Notes under the pieces: generated by a model
Seen by the model: the letters and a program-made list of their open reading frames with translations, nothing else
Told to the model about the DNA's origin: nothing
Databases searched by the model: none
Made by a program: the position numbers and the translations under genes
NCBI GenBank assembly: GCA_028534125.1
Contig: CM052817.1
Coordinates: forward strand, 4,466,001-4,530,000
Direction of reading: 5' to 3'
Origin: Lama glama
Taxonomy: Eukaryota
DNA: 64,000 nucleotides
Shown here: positions 43,401 through 56,900 of the stretch, in pieces
Position numbering within the stretch: position 1 is the first letter of the stretch
How the letters are laid out: every line of letters begins with the position of its first letter

Positions 43401-46400
43401 TTACCTCGGTTATATTCAGCAATCTGTTCTTTTATTAATCTTTTCAACCTTATCACATCTGTCCCAAGGTTCAGATGCGTATATGAAGCTGCCTTCAGTA
43501 CATCTCCACTCAAATTTTTTACATAAATCTCAAAATTAATACTTCCAAAACTGAAATCATGAGGTATTTTTGAATTCCCATCTCCATGAGTCAAGTAGAA
43601 AACCTTGGTCCACCAGAGAAGCTCAGCTTTTGGTTTTATAATTGCAGTCCTTTCTGACAGCCCAGAAAGCTGAACAGAGCCCTGGCAGTCTGCTTCCCAG
43701 GGAGGAGAGACCTGGCAAACACCCCAGGCTTCCAGCTGGGGGCCCGCATCCTAGGAATAAGGAATCACCCCTTGCAAAGACCTAACTTTGAAACAGATAA
43801 TTCACAAATGGAGTGGTTGATCTGCCACTGTCTGAAATCCCTACTAGAAGTAATTCTCTCTGGAGAAAGATTCCATCATTCAAAGTCTTAAATTATCTCT
43901 ACAATTTTTAGTAAGAGTGTGCAGCATTCAATAAAAATGATTAGACGTGCAAACAAGTAAGACCTGACCAAAAATAAACAGAAAAAACAGACAACAGAAA
44001 CATACCCACAAGATATTGGATAATCAGCTATGATGAACACGTTTAGGAAATTGAATGATAAGATGAATTTTAGCAGATAACTGAAAATGATGAAAAAACT
44101 AAAACAGAAATTCTAGAACTGAAAACACAGTAACCAACATTAAGAATTCAGTAAATGGCTTAACAGCAGATAAGACATAGCTAAAGAGAGAGAGAACGAG
44201 AAGACAGCTCAAAATAACCATCTAGACTGAACCACAGGGAACAAAAGAATGAAAAATACAGAACAGCATGTAAGAGACAAATGACATAAGGTGAAAAGTT
44301 CTCATAAATGTGTAATTGAAGCCCAGGAAAAGTAGGAAGAGCATGGACAGAAGGAATATTTAAAGAGATAATGGCTCAGAATTTTCAAAAACTAATAGAA
44401 GACAGCAAATCACTGATTCGAGAAGCACTGCAGATTTATTCAAAACAAGCAAGCAAGATATGCACACACAAAATAACCCACCTCCGGGTTTAAGCATATC
44501 ATCATAAACTGATGAAAACCAAAGAACAAAAGAAAAATTTTAAAGTAGCCAGAAACAATTGAAATCAGAAGATGAAAGATTATCTTTAAAAGTATTTAAA
44601 AGATAACAGCTAAACTAGGATTCTATGCCCAATGAAAACATTCCTTAAAAATGAAGATGAGACAGACATTTTCAGACAGCAGAGCCCAAGAGAATTTGTC
44701 ACTAGCAAATCTAAAACAAAGAGATCCTCCATGCAAAGGAAAATAATGCCAGAAGGAAACTTAAAGATAGAGCAAAGAATCAAGAGCAACAGAAGGGGTA
44801 AATCTAAACAAATACTGATGGCATAAACCAAAAATAATATCTCAGTGAGTTGAAAATATGGAGAGATGTAAAACACCCAATAAGAAAAGCATAATCTGCG
44901 AGGGAGGAATAAATGGAGTTAAGGCATTCTTAGGTGTCTGCATTCTGCACTGTCCTGGAAGAAGGGATATATTAACGTACATTAGATTGCGACACATCAG
45001 GGATGCAGTTCAGAATCTCTGAACCATTAAAATCATATAAATAACAAGCCAAAAGAGAGATAAAATAGGAAATAATAAAATAACTAATCCAAAAGAAGGC
45101 AAGAGAGATGAGAAAAAGGGATATAGAGCAGGTGGGACAAACATAAAACAATTAGTAAAATGATAAATTAAAAATCCAAATACATTACCAAGAAGTTTTA
45201 CATTAAATATAAATGGATTAAATATTACTACAATGAAAAGACACAGGTTTTGAGGCTAGACAAATCTTTTGATTGCTCACTACTGTCCTCAACACTGCTC
45301 ACCAGTTTTTATTCACTTGTTTTCATCTCATTCTGGTGCTCTCCCTGTATTATCCAATAATATAGCTATCCATCTGCTTCTTGACGTATGCAAAAAATAG
45401 TTTCCTGGAAAAGGCTAGGCAACTAGAAAATTAGTTGTATCAAAATAATTTTTCTCCTATGAAATAAGGAAAATAAGTATTTTTCAGCAAGCTAATAACC
45501 ATATAAAAACATTTAAAATATATTAAATGTATTAATAAATGGAGAATGATTGAAATGAGCACAAGAGGTCTTTTTAGGGGTGATGGAAATGTTCTAAATT
45601 TGGATCACGGTGATGGGTGTAGAACTCTGTAAATTTACTGAAAAGCATTGAATTGTACACTTTATGTATGTAAATTGTACCTCAAAAAATATGTCTAAAG
45701 AGTTTTTACAAAAGACAACTCTATGAGGTAGGTATTAGTAGTCCCATTTTATGGTTGAAGAAATTGGGGGTAAGAACTAAGTCATGTGCCCACATCAATT
45801 CTGACTGCAAACTTTCATCCACGGCCTTCTGTTGTCACTCTGTTTCACAGCTACAGTTACAATCTGGTTGGTCTCAAACCATGCTGTCAGGGAGGCAGGA
45901 AGGTAGTTACAACATCCACCTTACAGATGAGGACACTGAGGCTAGCATGGAGTCTCACACAGGACACAAGGCCCCCACCCTCCAGAAAGCCACACTCACT
46001 CTTCACTGAGGCCGCCAAGGTGGCCCAAGACTCGGTGGATGATGCTCTCATGGTCGTCCCGCAGGTGTGCCTGCAGCACAGTGGACAGTGTGTGCTCCTC
46101 CATCCACACCTAGACCCCAGGACAGAGGGACAGGGGTCAACTCAAGCTCATTTCATTCATCATTACTTTGTTGGATCAAATTTTTGTTTCTTAATTTTAA
46201 AAATCCCCTTCTCCTTTGATTTAATTAAATTCTCTTATACTTCCCTCTAAAGTTTTAAAAAATTTCCTATTTGCATGTACATCTTAAAGCCATTTAATAT
46301 ATATTTTCTGTGGCATGAGGAAGGGATTTAATTGTCTCTGGATAAATGGATGCTAATTGTCCCAGCACCATTTATCTTTTTTATGACTGGCCTGTTGACG

Positions 46401-49400
46401 CCACCTTGTCTGATAGTTTCCATATGTACATGAATCTCATTCCAGACTCTTTTATTCTGTGGGTCTGTCTGTTCATTTCCGTACCAATAACTCCCTGCTT
46501 TAATTCCTGTAGTTTATCGCAGGACTTCACCACTGCTAGGGCGAGTCTTCCCAGGTTCTCTTGTACAAAACTGTCTTGGCTGTTCTTGGTTGTTTTTCTA
46601 TACATGTGAATTTTAGAATCAGTTTATCCAGTTTGGGTAAACAACTCTTGGATTTCCTTGTAATTTGACTGAATTGCTAGATTAATGTGTAGAGAATCAC
46701 TGTCTTTCCAGAACTGAGTTTTCCTATCCAAGGGTCAGGCATTTCTCTCAATTCTTTCTTTATCCCTTCAATAACATTTTATAATTAAGCTCCATCAGGC
46801 TCTTATAAACATCAGTCAGACTTATTTTATTGGTCACCATGTAGCTTTTATACTGAAGAAAATCTTTGTTTCGCCATTGTCCTCTACTGCTTTGAAAGTT
46901 ACCTTCTATTCTATTTCTATTCCTTCCATAGTTTTACATTTTTGACGTATATTCCTGTCTCCACAAATCCAAAGTTAATCAGCATTTCTTTTACCTTAGG
47001 GTTTATGACTGTCAGCACGTCCGAAAATTCCTTATCCCTTATCCCTTTGAATATTATCTCTCCTCCACTCTCTCCATCCTTTCTTCCTAGAATTCCTGAA
47101 AGATTGAGGAGGTCCCTCCAGGACCTTCTCATTCTGTTCCTGTCCCTTCACCACTCTCCATCTCTTTAGCTCTCCATGCTGTATTCTGGGCCACTTTCTC
47201 ACATGTAGCTTCTAGTTCACACACTGCGTCTTCAGCCATATTTAATCTGCTGTTTAACTCATTCATTACATTTCTGTTTTCTCAACTATAATTTTCTGTT
47301 TTTAAGAATTAATTTACTTTTACTGAAGTGTAGTTGATCTACAGTGTTGTGTTAGTTTCATGTGTACAGCAAAGTGATCCAGTTGTACATAAACATATGT
47401 GTAGATTCTTTTTTCAGATTCTTTTCCATTATAGGTTATTATAACGTAGTGAATATAGTACCCTGTGTGGTACGGTAGGTCCTTGTTGTTCAATCTGTTT
47501 TATATATAGTAGTGTGTATTTGTAACAACTATAATTTTCGTTTATAAAAGCATATGGTTATTTGTCTGCTTTTTCAGCATGTCTCGTTTTCACGCTAATC
47601 ATTCCTTCTGTTGTTTTTTTAATGTTTTAAACATAATTCCTTTATAAGCTCTAACAGTCTCTTCATCTGAATTCCTCGGTGCTGGTTGTGGTCTAAGCTT
47701 GGCGTGCGCTGGCCATGCTGGCTCTCGCCTGTGGTGTGTTGTTCCTTGTGTGTTTTGTAATTTTGGATGTTAGCTCATCGTCAGGAGACTTCACCTGTGA
47801 AAATGCTGTGAGGTCCAAGGCCACACAGCTAATACATGAAAACGTGGGGCAGAGACTCAAATTTAAGTCTGTCTGTCTCTAAAGCTCCTCCCTGCCTATC
47901 TTGCACCACGAGGAGAAGCAGGCACCTGGAAACATGTAGCTGGCTTGTGTTACACCAAGGACTCAGTCACCAAGAGGACCTCTCACCTTCCCATGTGTGT
48001 GGCTTTTCAAAGGGCTCTCCCTCCAGCAGCCTGGAGATGGCCGTGCTGCGTGCGGGACAGGGACGAGGCACAGCCGCCCGGGTGGAAGTCAGAAGCCTGG
48101 ACTTCAGCTCCCTGGGCCTCGTGATCGTAGCACTTACACTGAGTCTCACAGAATCACACTGTGCTACCCAGAACTTCTCATTAAAGTCAGTCTCTGACTC
48201 CTCTTGGGAGGAGTCTCAATCATCTGTCAAAGTGCTTGGAAAACCGGAACATTCTAGAAAATTCTACACAATCTAGATTTTTTTTACAAGGTAAATCAAC
48301 ATTGTCACTAAGGGCCATGAGGGTCTTCGGTGTGCATTTTGAGAACACAGTTAAAAAACTAGCAACAGGATCCAAAGATGGTGAAGAGGACAGAGATCGT
48401 CAGACTGGAGGGCACCTGCCACTGTCACCACCTTCTTCAACATTAAAGAAGGCAGGTTTGTGAACGCTTAAATTCAGAGGCAAGAAGCTGCTTCAGTGGG
48501 CCAGAGTGCTGCCCCTGTTCAGCGCTACCGGGTCATTTTGTGGTTTCCAGTATGTTTACTCTCTGTTTCAAATTTTCATTTACTAAGGAGAGGAAGGGGG
48601 AAGGAACCAGTGGTCGGTGCATGGCTGCTACACGCTAAGAGTTTTCGAGCACCTTCCCACTAACAGTGTGGATTTACAGGTGGGGCAGGCGGTACAGCCG
48701 ACACCCAAGGCAAACGCTGGAGGGCTGGGGGAGGGAGGCACTGCAGATTTAAAAGCATGGTCAGAGCAGGCTTCATGGTGAAGGCGGGACAGCAGAAAGA
48801 CCAGAAGCAGAAAGAGCGAGGCAGGGGCGCCCAGGGAGCTGGCAGAGCACAAGGACGCCGGGGAGGCTGGCGTGGAGCGAGCTCGGGGAGCGAGCTCGGA
48901 GGCCAGAGGACAACCAGGTCCTGACACGCGGGACCGTGTAGGGCACGGCGAGGACGCTGACTTCCACGCTGCATGAAATGAGGAGGGAGTTTTGAGCAGA
49001 GAAATGTCACAATGTGACAGTGTCTTTTACCGAATCTAATGTGCCAGTGATTATGAGATGCAGTTATTCTGGGTACCAACTAGAGACAGAAATCACTGCC
49101 AATTAAATTAAGACTCAGCTCAGTTTCAGAGAAGTTAAAATGTTATTAAAATCTGCATCTTAAAAATGAATGATACAGAATATGTTTTAGAAGTTATCAC
49201 TCTGGAGCAGGGATTGGCCAAGACGGCAGAAGAGGAAGGCCCCGGGCTCACTCTTCCCACAGGCACATCACATTACAGCGACTTACAGAGCTGTACCCAC
49301 TGATGAGGAAGACCAGAAGACTAGCAGAAAGCATCTACAGCTACAGGTAAAAAGAAGGAACCACAACGAAATTGGGAGCGGGGAGCGTCACAGTTAGTCA

Positions 49401-50943
49401 AGTCCCATACCTGCAGGTGGGAGACCCATGAGCAGGAGGGTGATTACAATTCCAGAGGCTCTCCCCAAGGAGCGAGGGATCCGAGGCCCACACTGGGCTC
49501 CCTCGCCGAGGGGTCCTGCACCAGGAAGATGAGCCACCAGGTGTTTGGATCTGAAGGCCAGCAGGGTTTACTTTCAGGAGACCCAGAGGGCGGTGGGAAA
49601 TAGAAACTCTGCCCTTACAGTGCGCACACCAAATCTCACACATTCCAGGACCCCGGGCAGAAGCAGGAATTTTTTTTTTAAGATTTTTTTTTTCTGTTTT
49701 TGTTTTTGGGGGGAGACGTAATTAGGTTTATTTATTTTTTAAGTGGAGGTACTGGGGATTGAACCCAGGACCTTGTGTGTACCAAGCACACACTCTACCA
49801 CCAAGCTATACCCTCCCCCAGAAGCAATAATTTGAAAAGACCCACCTGTTAATCTTGGAGAGCTTCCCAGAGAGACAGCAGGCAACTGGAGTGCACCCTG
49901 GGACACAGACACTGGCAGAAGCCACTTTGGGAGCTCATTCTACCAGGCGGACTGGTGTGGGTAAGCGCCATTCTGGAGTCCTCCCTCCAGCCCACCAGCT
50001 TGTCAGCACTAGGACTGGGACACTTTGGGCCAAGCAGCAGTGACACAGCCCCACCTACCAGCAGGCCAACTGGCTGAGGACTCCCTGAGCTCCAGCTGGC
50101 CCAGGACCCGGCCACCTAAGCACTCAGGACCCTGCCTCGCCCACCAGCAGGCCAACACCCACTCAGGGACCCCCGGGGGCCTGCAGCCAGAGACCCCAGG
50201 ACAGGACCTGGCTCTGCCCACCAGTGGTCTTAGATAATTTTTTGGATATGTCTCCTCAGGCAAGGAATACAAAAGCAAAAATAAACAAATGGGACTAAAT
50301 CAAACTAAAAAGCTTTTGCACAGTGAAGGAAACTATCAATGAAATGAAAAGGCTGCCTACTGAATGGGGGAAGACATTTGCAAAGGATATGTCCCATAAA
50401 GGGGTTCATATCTAAAATATACAAAGAACTAACGTAAGTCAACATCAGAAAAACAAACAACCTAATTAAAAAATGGGCGGAGGATCTGAAAAGACATTTT
50501 TCCAAAGAAGAAATACAGATGACCAACAGGCACGTGAAGAGATGCTCAGCACCGCTAATCTTCAGGGGAATGCCAAATCAAACCCACAGCGAAGTGTCAC
50601 CTCGCACCTGGCAGAGTGGCCATCATCAAAAAGACAACAAATAACAAGTGTTGGTGAGGATGTGGAGAAAAGGGAACCCTCATGCATTATTGGTGGAGAT
50701 GTAACTTAGTGCAGAAACTGTGGAAAACACTATGGCGATTGCTCAAAATATTAAAAGTAGAACTACCTCTGCAATCCAGCAATTCCACTCCTGGGTGTTT
50801 ATCCACGCAAAATGAAAACACTGATTTGAAAAACTATCTGCATCCCTATGTTCACTGCAATCTTATTTACAATAGCCATGATATGGAAGTAAACTCAGTG
50901 CCCATCTATAGAAGAACCGATAAAAAAGATGTGATATATGCAT

Positions 50944-50974
<31 letters not shown>

Positions 50975-53900
50975 CACAGTGGAATACTACACAGCCATTA
51001 AAAAGAAATGAAATCTTGCCATTCGTGACAACATGGACAGACCTAGAGGGTATTACACTAAGTGAAGAAAGAGACAGAGAAAGACAAATATGGTATGATT
51101 TCACTTATATGTGGAACCCCAAAACAAAACAAATGATCAAATGTAATGAAACTGAAACAGTGATAGATTCAGAGAACAAACAGGTGGCTGACAGAGGTGA
51201 CAGGTGAGGGAGATTAAGAGGTACAAACTTCAGCTGCAAAATAAATGAGTCACAGGTATGAAATGTACAGTGTGGGGAATATAGTCAATAATTAATGTCT
51301 TTGTACGGTGACAGGTTGTAACTAGACTTACCATGGCAATCATTTTGAAAGGTACAAAAATATCGAATCACTGTATTATATAACAGGAAATAACAGTGTT
51401 GTAGGTCAATTACACTTCAAAAACAAAGAAGCAAACCAACTTATAATAAAAAGACACCAGATTGCGGTCACCAGAGGTGAGGATGGGGGAAGGAGGAACT
51501 GGATGAAAGCAGTCAAAGGGTACAAGCTGCCAGCTGTAAGGTAAGTAACGCTAGGGATGTAATGCGCAACACGATAAATGTAATTCGCACCACTGCATGT
51601 TATGTATGAAAGCTGTTAGAAGAGTAAATCCTAAGAGTTCTCATCACAAGGAAAACAATTTTTTTTCCATTTCTTTAAATTTGTATCTACAAAGATGATG
51701 GATGTCACTGAACTTACTGTGGTAATCGTTTCATGACGTATGTAAGTCAAATCATTATGCTGTATGCCTTACACAGTGCTGTGTGTAGATTATATCTCAA
51801 TGAAACCGGAAAAAAAAATTTTAGTGAAAACATCACTCTGGCTAGGGGTTAGGAATAGACTTCAAGGGGTCAGCGGATTCAGAGACACCAAAGGGCCAGC
51901 TGTCGTAGAGATACAGACGAGAGGTGTGGTGGTGTTGACCAGGATGCTCAGACTGGAGGCAATGGAAAGAGGTTACAGTCTGGATCAGACTGAAGGTAGA
52001 ATCATGCAATTCCCTGCCAACCGGATAGAAGCTGTGTAAGAAACAGGAGTCAAGGATACCTGAGGTTGTCTGCCCAGCCGAATGGAAAGATGGAGAAAGA
52101 CTGTGGGCAGAGCAGGAAGGTCAACAGCTGTGTTTCAGACACACTCAATTTGCCTGCCTATCAGTCACTTAGATGGAGACCACATTAGAGAGCTGAGTTC
52201 AGGAACGGATTCTGAGCTGGGGATATAAATGTGGGCATCGATGGTCCTTGGTCCAACAACCCTGGAGGAACTGAATCCTGCCAAGAACCACGGAGTAGGC
52301 TTGGAAGCCACTCTTCCCTGGTCCAGCCTTTGGATGAGACCCCAGCTGCAGCCCTGACTGCAGCCTGTGAGATTCCCCTAGGAGAGAACTCAGCTGAGCT
52401 GTGCCTGGATTTCTGACCCACGGAAACTGGGACAGAAGAAGTATGTGTTGTTTGTTTTAAGCTGCTAGCTTGGCAGGTTGTTATGCAGAGAGTATGCAAC
52501 TGGGTGAGATCACCAAGAGACTGCACATAGGCAGAGAAGAGGACCACAGATTGCATCCAGGGCTCTGGTGTCTGGACATGAGGGCATGAGAAGTAATCAG
52601 CAAAGGAAACTGAGAAGAAGCCACCACTGAGGAGGTAGGACAAGCAAGACAGTCAAGCGAGGGTTTCAAGGAGGAGGGGAGCCCAGTCTGCCAACGCTGC
52701 TGCTGAGGGCTCAGCACAGGTGAGATGAGGCCAGGGGAGGGCAAGCTGCCTGGAGTGGGCTCCAGAGAGCGCGGGAGGAGTGTGAGGAGGGGAGCCAGGC
52801 TTCAAAACCTGCTGGATGGACTCTAGCGTTGGCGTTCTGCACCTTCATGCCACAGGCTGCATCACTTGCTGCACTCCTTGCTACAAATGCAGACTTTTGT
52901 GTGGTGGTGCGTGAGTTTCCTATTGTTATTGTAACACATGACCACAAACTAAGTAGCTGAAAACAATGCAAACGTATTATCTTAGAGTTCCGGAGGTCAG
53001 AAGTCCAAAATGGTGCTCAAGGTGGGTAAAATCCAGGTCTCAGTGGGTCTACATTCCCGTGGAAGCTCCAGGGCAAAATCCCTCTCCTTGCCTTTCCAGC
53101 TTCGAGAGGCCACCTGCATTCCTTGGCTTGTGGCCCTTTCTTCCATCTTCAGATCCAGCGATGTCTGGCTGAGTCTTTCTCACATCACATCATTCTGACA
53201 CCACTTCTCCTGCATCCCCTGTAATGACCCTGGGCCCACCTGCATCATCAGGACAATCTAGCCATCTCAAGACTCTTAACTTACTTCACATCTGCAAAGT
53301 CCCTTCTGCCACGTAAGGTAACATATTCACAGCTTCTGGGAATGAGGATGCGGATGTCTTTGAGGGGACACTGAGCATCCTTCTGCCTAACTCAGCAGAC
53401 TGGGGAGAAGCCCAGAAACCTGCGTTAGAACTGATCACACTTTGAGAATCAGCATTCTACAACTTATTCTAATTGTGTGACTGATAAATTTCACAAAATT
53501 TAACAACTTTCCTGAGTAACAGGATATGAAATCATCAAGGCCTTTTGGATAGAAAATACATGGAAAATGCAATTCATTGACTGTGTGTTTGATTTTCTGT
53601 GAACAGTTTTGTTGGTGCTTTTCTTCTCATGACTAAATATTCCTCTGGCCCACAGAAAGTTCATCTCTCATTTGTACTATCAATGAGAAAATATGGAAAG
53701 TAAGAGAGAATATGGATCTCTAAATATCTTGTGGTAATTTAAGGCAATTAAACAATCAATCAGTAAATTAATTATGACATACACACTCTGAGAAAACAGT
53801 CTTGGGTCATACTTATTTAATCAGTTGATGAGGTCATTAACTTCCCTGCTTGCTTCTTGCATGCAGAACTCCCCTGGAAACACTTCTGCACCAGCAAAGG

Positions 53901-56900
53901 AAAATTAACCCGCATGCATACACTCATAAAGTAAATAAATGAATAAAAAACCTAGAAGTTATGAATTGTCTGATATCCGCTTAAAATAAGACTCATAACT
54001 AGAGGGTTTTAGATGAATCATGGGTGTTTGCCTAATAATTTATCAGAAATGAAACCCTGGAGTTTTTCAATGTCAATATCATTAAGCGATTAAACAGATA
54101 CTGTGCAATCGGTCTTAACCTGCATTATCCCACAGCCCCCGTTGGGTATTTTAATCTCTATTTTTCACATGAAAGCTGAGGTTCTGAGAAATTTAGCAAG
54201 TTGTGCAAAATCAAAGTTGTGGGTCAGTGGACTGGCTAAAGTCACCCAGTCCTTTAATGGAGTTGCTCTGGTTCAAACCCAGGTGATCAGTTTTGAAGGC
54301 TAGAAGCCCGTCTGCAAACCACAGCTGTCTCTAAAAGACCTCACCCCGTTTGGGGAGCTAATATCAGACTTACTTGGTGAATCTTCCAAATCACCAAGGC
54401 CCAGGTTCCGCCTCTGTTCCCAGAAACTAAATTGTATGGTCTGGGGCCCAGGATTGGTATGAATCACCTTCATTTACATCCCTGGGTAGAATACAGGGTC
54501 AAGGTAATCCTGCAATAATTTCCAAATCTGCACCATTGTTGCTGGAAAGGCAGCCAAGTTTTTCTGAGCATTTGCTGTAACCCAGTTACTGGGCTTTGAG
54601 TGAGGAAGTGAAAATAAGAGAAGCAGGGCTGTTGTCCTCCAGAACGTACAGCCAAACGCAGGGGACCACGGGCTACCGATGACAGAGCAACACGATGCCT
54701 CCAACGGAGGACTGGAATTAACTAGAAGGAGGTCTAACAAATCAGACAGGCAGGAAACTAGGCCCTGCGCCTGCCCCGCGGCTGGGAATAGCCCAGTGTT
54801 TGCACGAGGCTTTCCTTTATTTATTGGTACTTTGGACAGCTCCCATCAGTTCTGTTCCATGCATCCGTTGTGTATCTTTTGCAACTAATTGAACACTCAG
54901 CGTAAAGAGACAGGGTGTTTCTTATAACAAGCACCCAGGGCTGGGCAGTCCAGGGCTGGGACAGTCTGCCTCTCTGCACCCCCGCCCCGGGCACATCAGC
55001 CTCTGTTCTGCATCCTGTTCTGCCTGTAAGTCAAAGGAAGGCGGGTGCACCTCCCGGCCTCCTGTACGTGCTCTAGGCAGGAAGAACGGGAATGCTGGTG
55101 AAGAGGATTTCTCCTAGCAGCACCCGGCCCTTGTAACAGGGGAGAGAAGCCCTCTGCAGGTACCACACCTTGTCTCACAGCCAGAACTGCATCACTCAAA
55201 CACCGACAGATACCAGGATACTGACCACGTCACTTCCAAAGCCTCTAGCGTGCAGGAAAGCAAGAGAGATGGGAAATGTGGGCACTTCTGTGTGTCACAT
55301 TTGCAATTTTGACAGGTTTCAGGATTTTAAGAATAAAACTGACGTGCATTAGTTTCCTGTAATACATTGCCGCAAACTGTGACTTAACACACATTTATTA
55401 TCTTACATGTAAGTTCTGGAGGTCGGACGTCTGAAGTGAAATGGAACAGGCTGTGCTCCTTCTGGAGGCTCTGGGGGGGATCCATTCCTTGCCTATTCCA
55501 GCTTCTCAAGGCTGTCTGCGATCCTGGGCTAATGTCCGCATCACTCCAGCCTCGGCTTAGGCCATCACACCTCCTTTTCTGACTCTGACCCTCCTCCTTC
55601 CCTCTTAAAAGGACCTTTGTGATTACAGTGGGCTTATTCACATAATCCAGAACACTCTCCGCATCTCCAGATCCTTAATGTAATGGCACCTGCAAGGCCC
55701 CTCTTGCCCTGGTAGGTAACATATTCACAGGTTCCGGGGACTAGGATGGGGGCATCATTCTTTTGGAAGCATTATTCTACCTACCACGTATGTACATGGT
55801 TTTAATAACGGAATAGACTTTCACTGAAAAACAGGAGTCCTGTGTGTGCAGCTCCTCCCCGAGTCCACTCCCCTGAGAAACACCTTCTGTCATTTATTTC
55901 TGTTGTTCTCAAGCACAGACTCTGCTGCCTTTGTTGGATCAGCTGAAGGCATTATCTACTGACTTCCTATCCCACCAGCCTTGGTGGGCGGTTGTGAAAA
56001 GTTGGCTACCAGAATCTTGGCAAAGCCCCTAGCACAGGCACTAGGGGATGCTCAGAGAGGAAACCTCTCATTATTCTTCCTAATTTAAAAAAAAATGCAG
56101 ACTCAAGACCCAGGTTTACAAAATGCCGCACCTGCTTCTCTTGCTCCAGGAGGTCCTGGAAGAGTTTCCACTGCTGATTCCGGAAGCGATCCGACTTCCC
56201 CAGCTGCCGGGCGGCGTTCTCCTGGGCCTCCTGCCTCAGGTATTCACACTCCGCCTGGGAGAGGTTGGTCACATGGGGGAGCGTCTGAAGGAACAGGGCG
56301 TCCATGAACTTCTGGAAAGTTTCCATGGTGCTGCGGTACAGCTCCTGAAGGATGGAGTTATAAGTCACGTCCTCACCCCGGGGCAGGGCCGTGGGCTTCC
56401 AGCAAGACACAGAGGAAATCCAGGGAAGGAAATTCTCAAATCACACACACACGCACACACGCACGTGCGCGCGTGCACACACACACACGGAGTTGCTGTC
56501 TTTCAGCCCTCGGAACCCCCACCCAGTCAAGCCCCAGCCCCAGATCTGCCCTCCTGCCCCAATGAGACCTCCATCACTGGAGTCTCCTCTAAACCTCCAC
56601 CCAGGTTATTTTCACAACCCCTCACTGGTTCCTCCGCCTCCCTCTGCCCCCTCCACTTAGGCGAGTTATCTGCACAAGGACAGAGCTTTGGATTCCAGCT
56701 CAGCAACTTGGAAGGTCTCTCTTTCCATCACAGTCAGAGTGCCTCCCAGGGTTTCCAGGTGGTCCTGCCTCACTTCTCTCCATTCTTTTCCCTTCAGCCC
56801 ATCTCTCCCACTCCATTCTCTTTCTAAAATTGTATCTTTTTAAATCATGAAAACCAAAAACCTATAACAACTCTGAATCCACCACTCAGTTTTCCATTTC

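Noticed and set aside
43600..47800. Oppositely oriented L1 ORF1 remnants flanking EVC exon 13 as a dsRNA stem
   Set aside because: The fragments appear too old and diverged for stable pairing.
50305..51207. ORFs resembling the L1 ORF2 C-terminus
   Set aside because: Fragmented by stops and frameshifts; part of the defective L1, not a gene.
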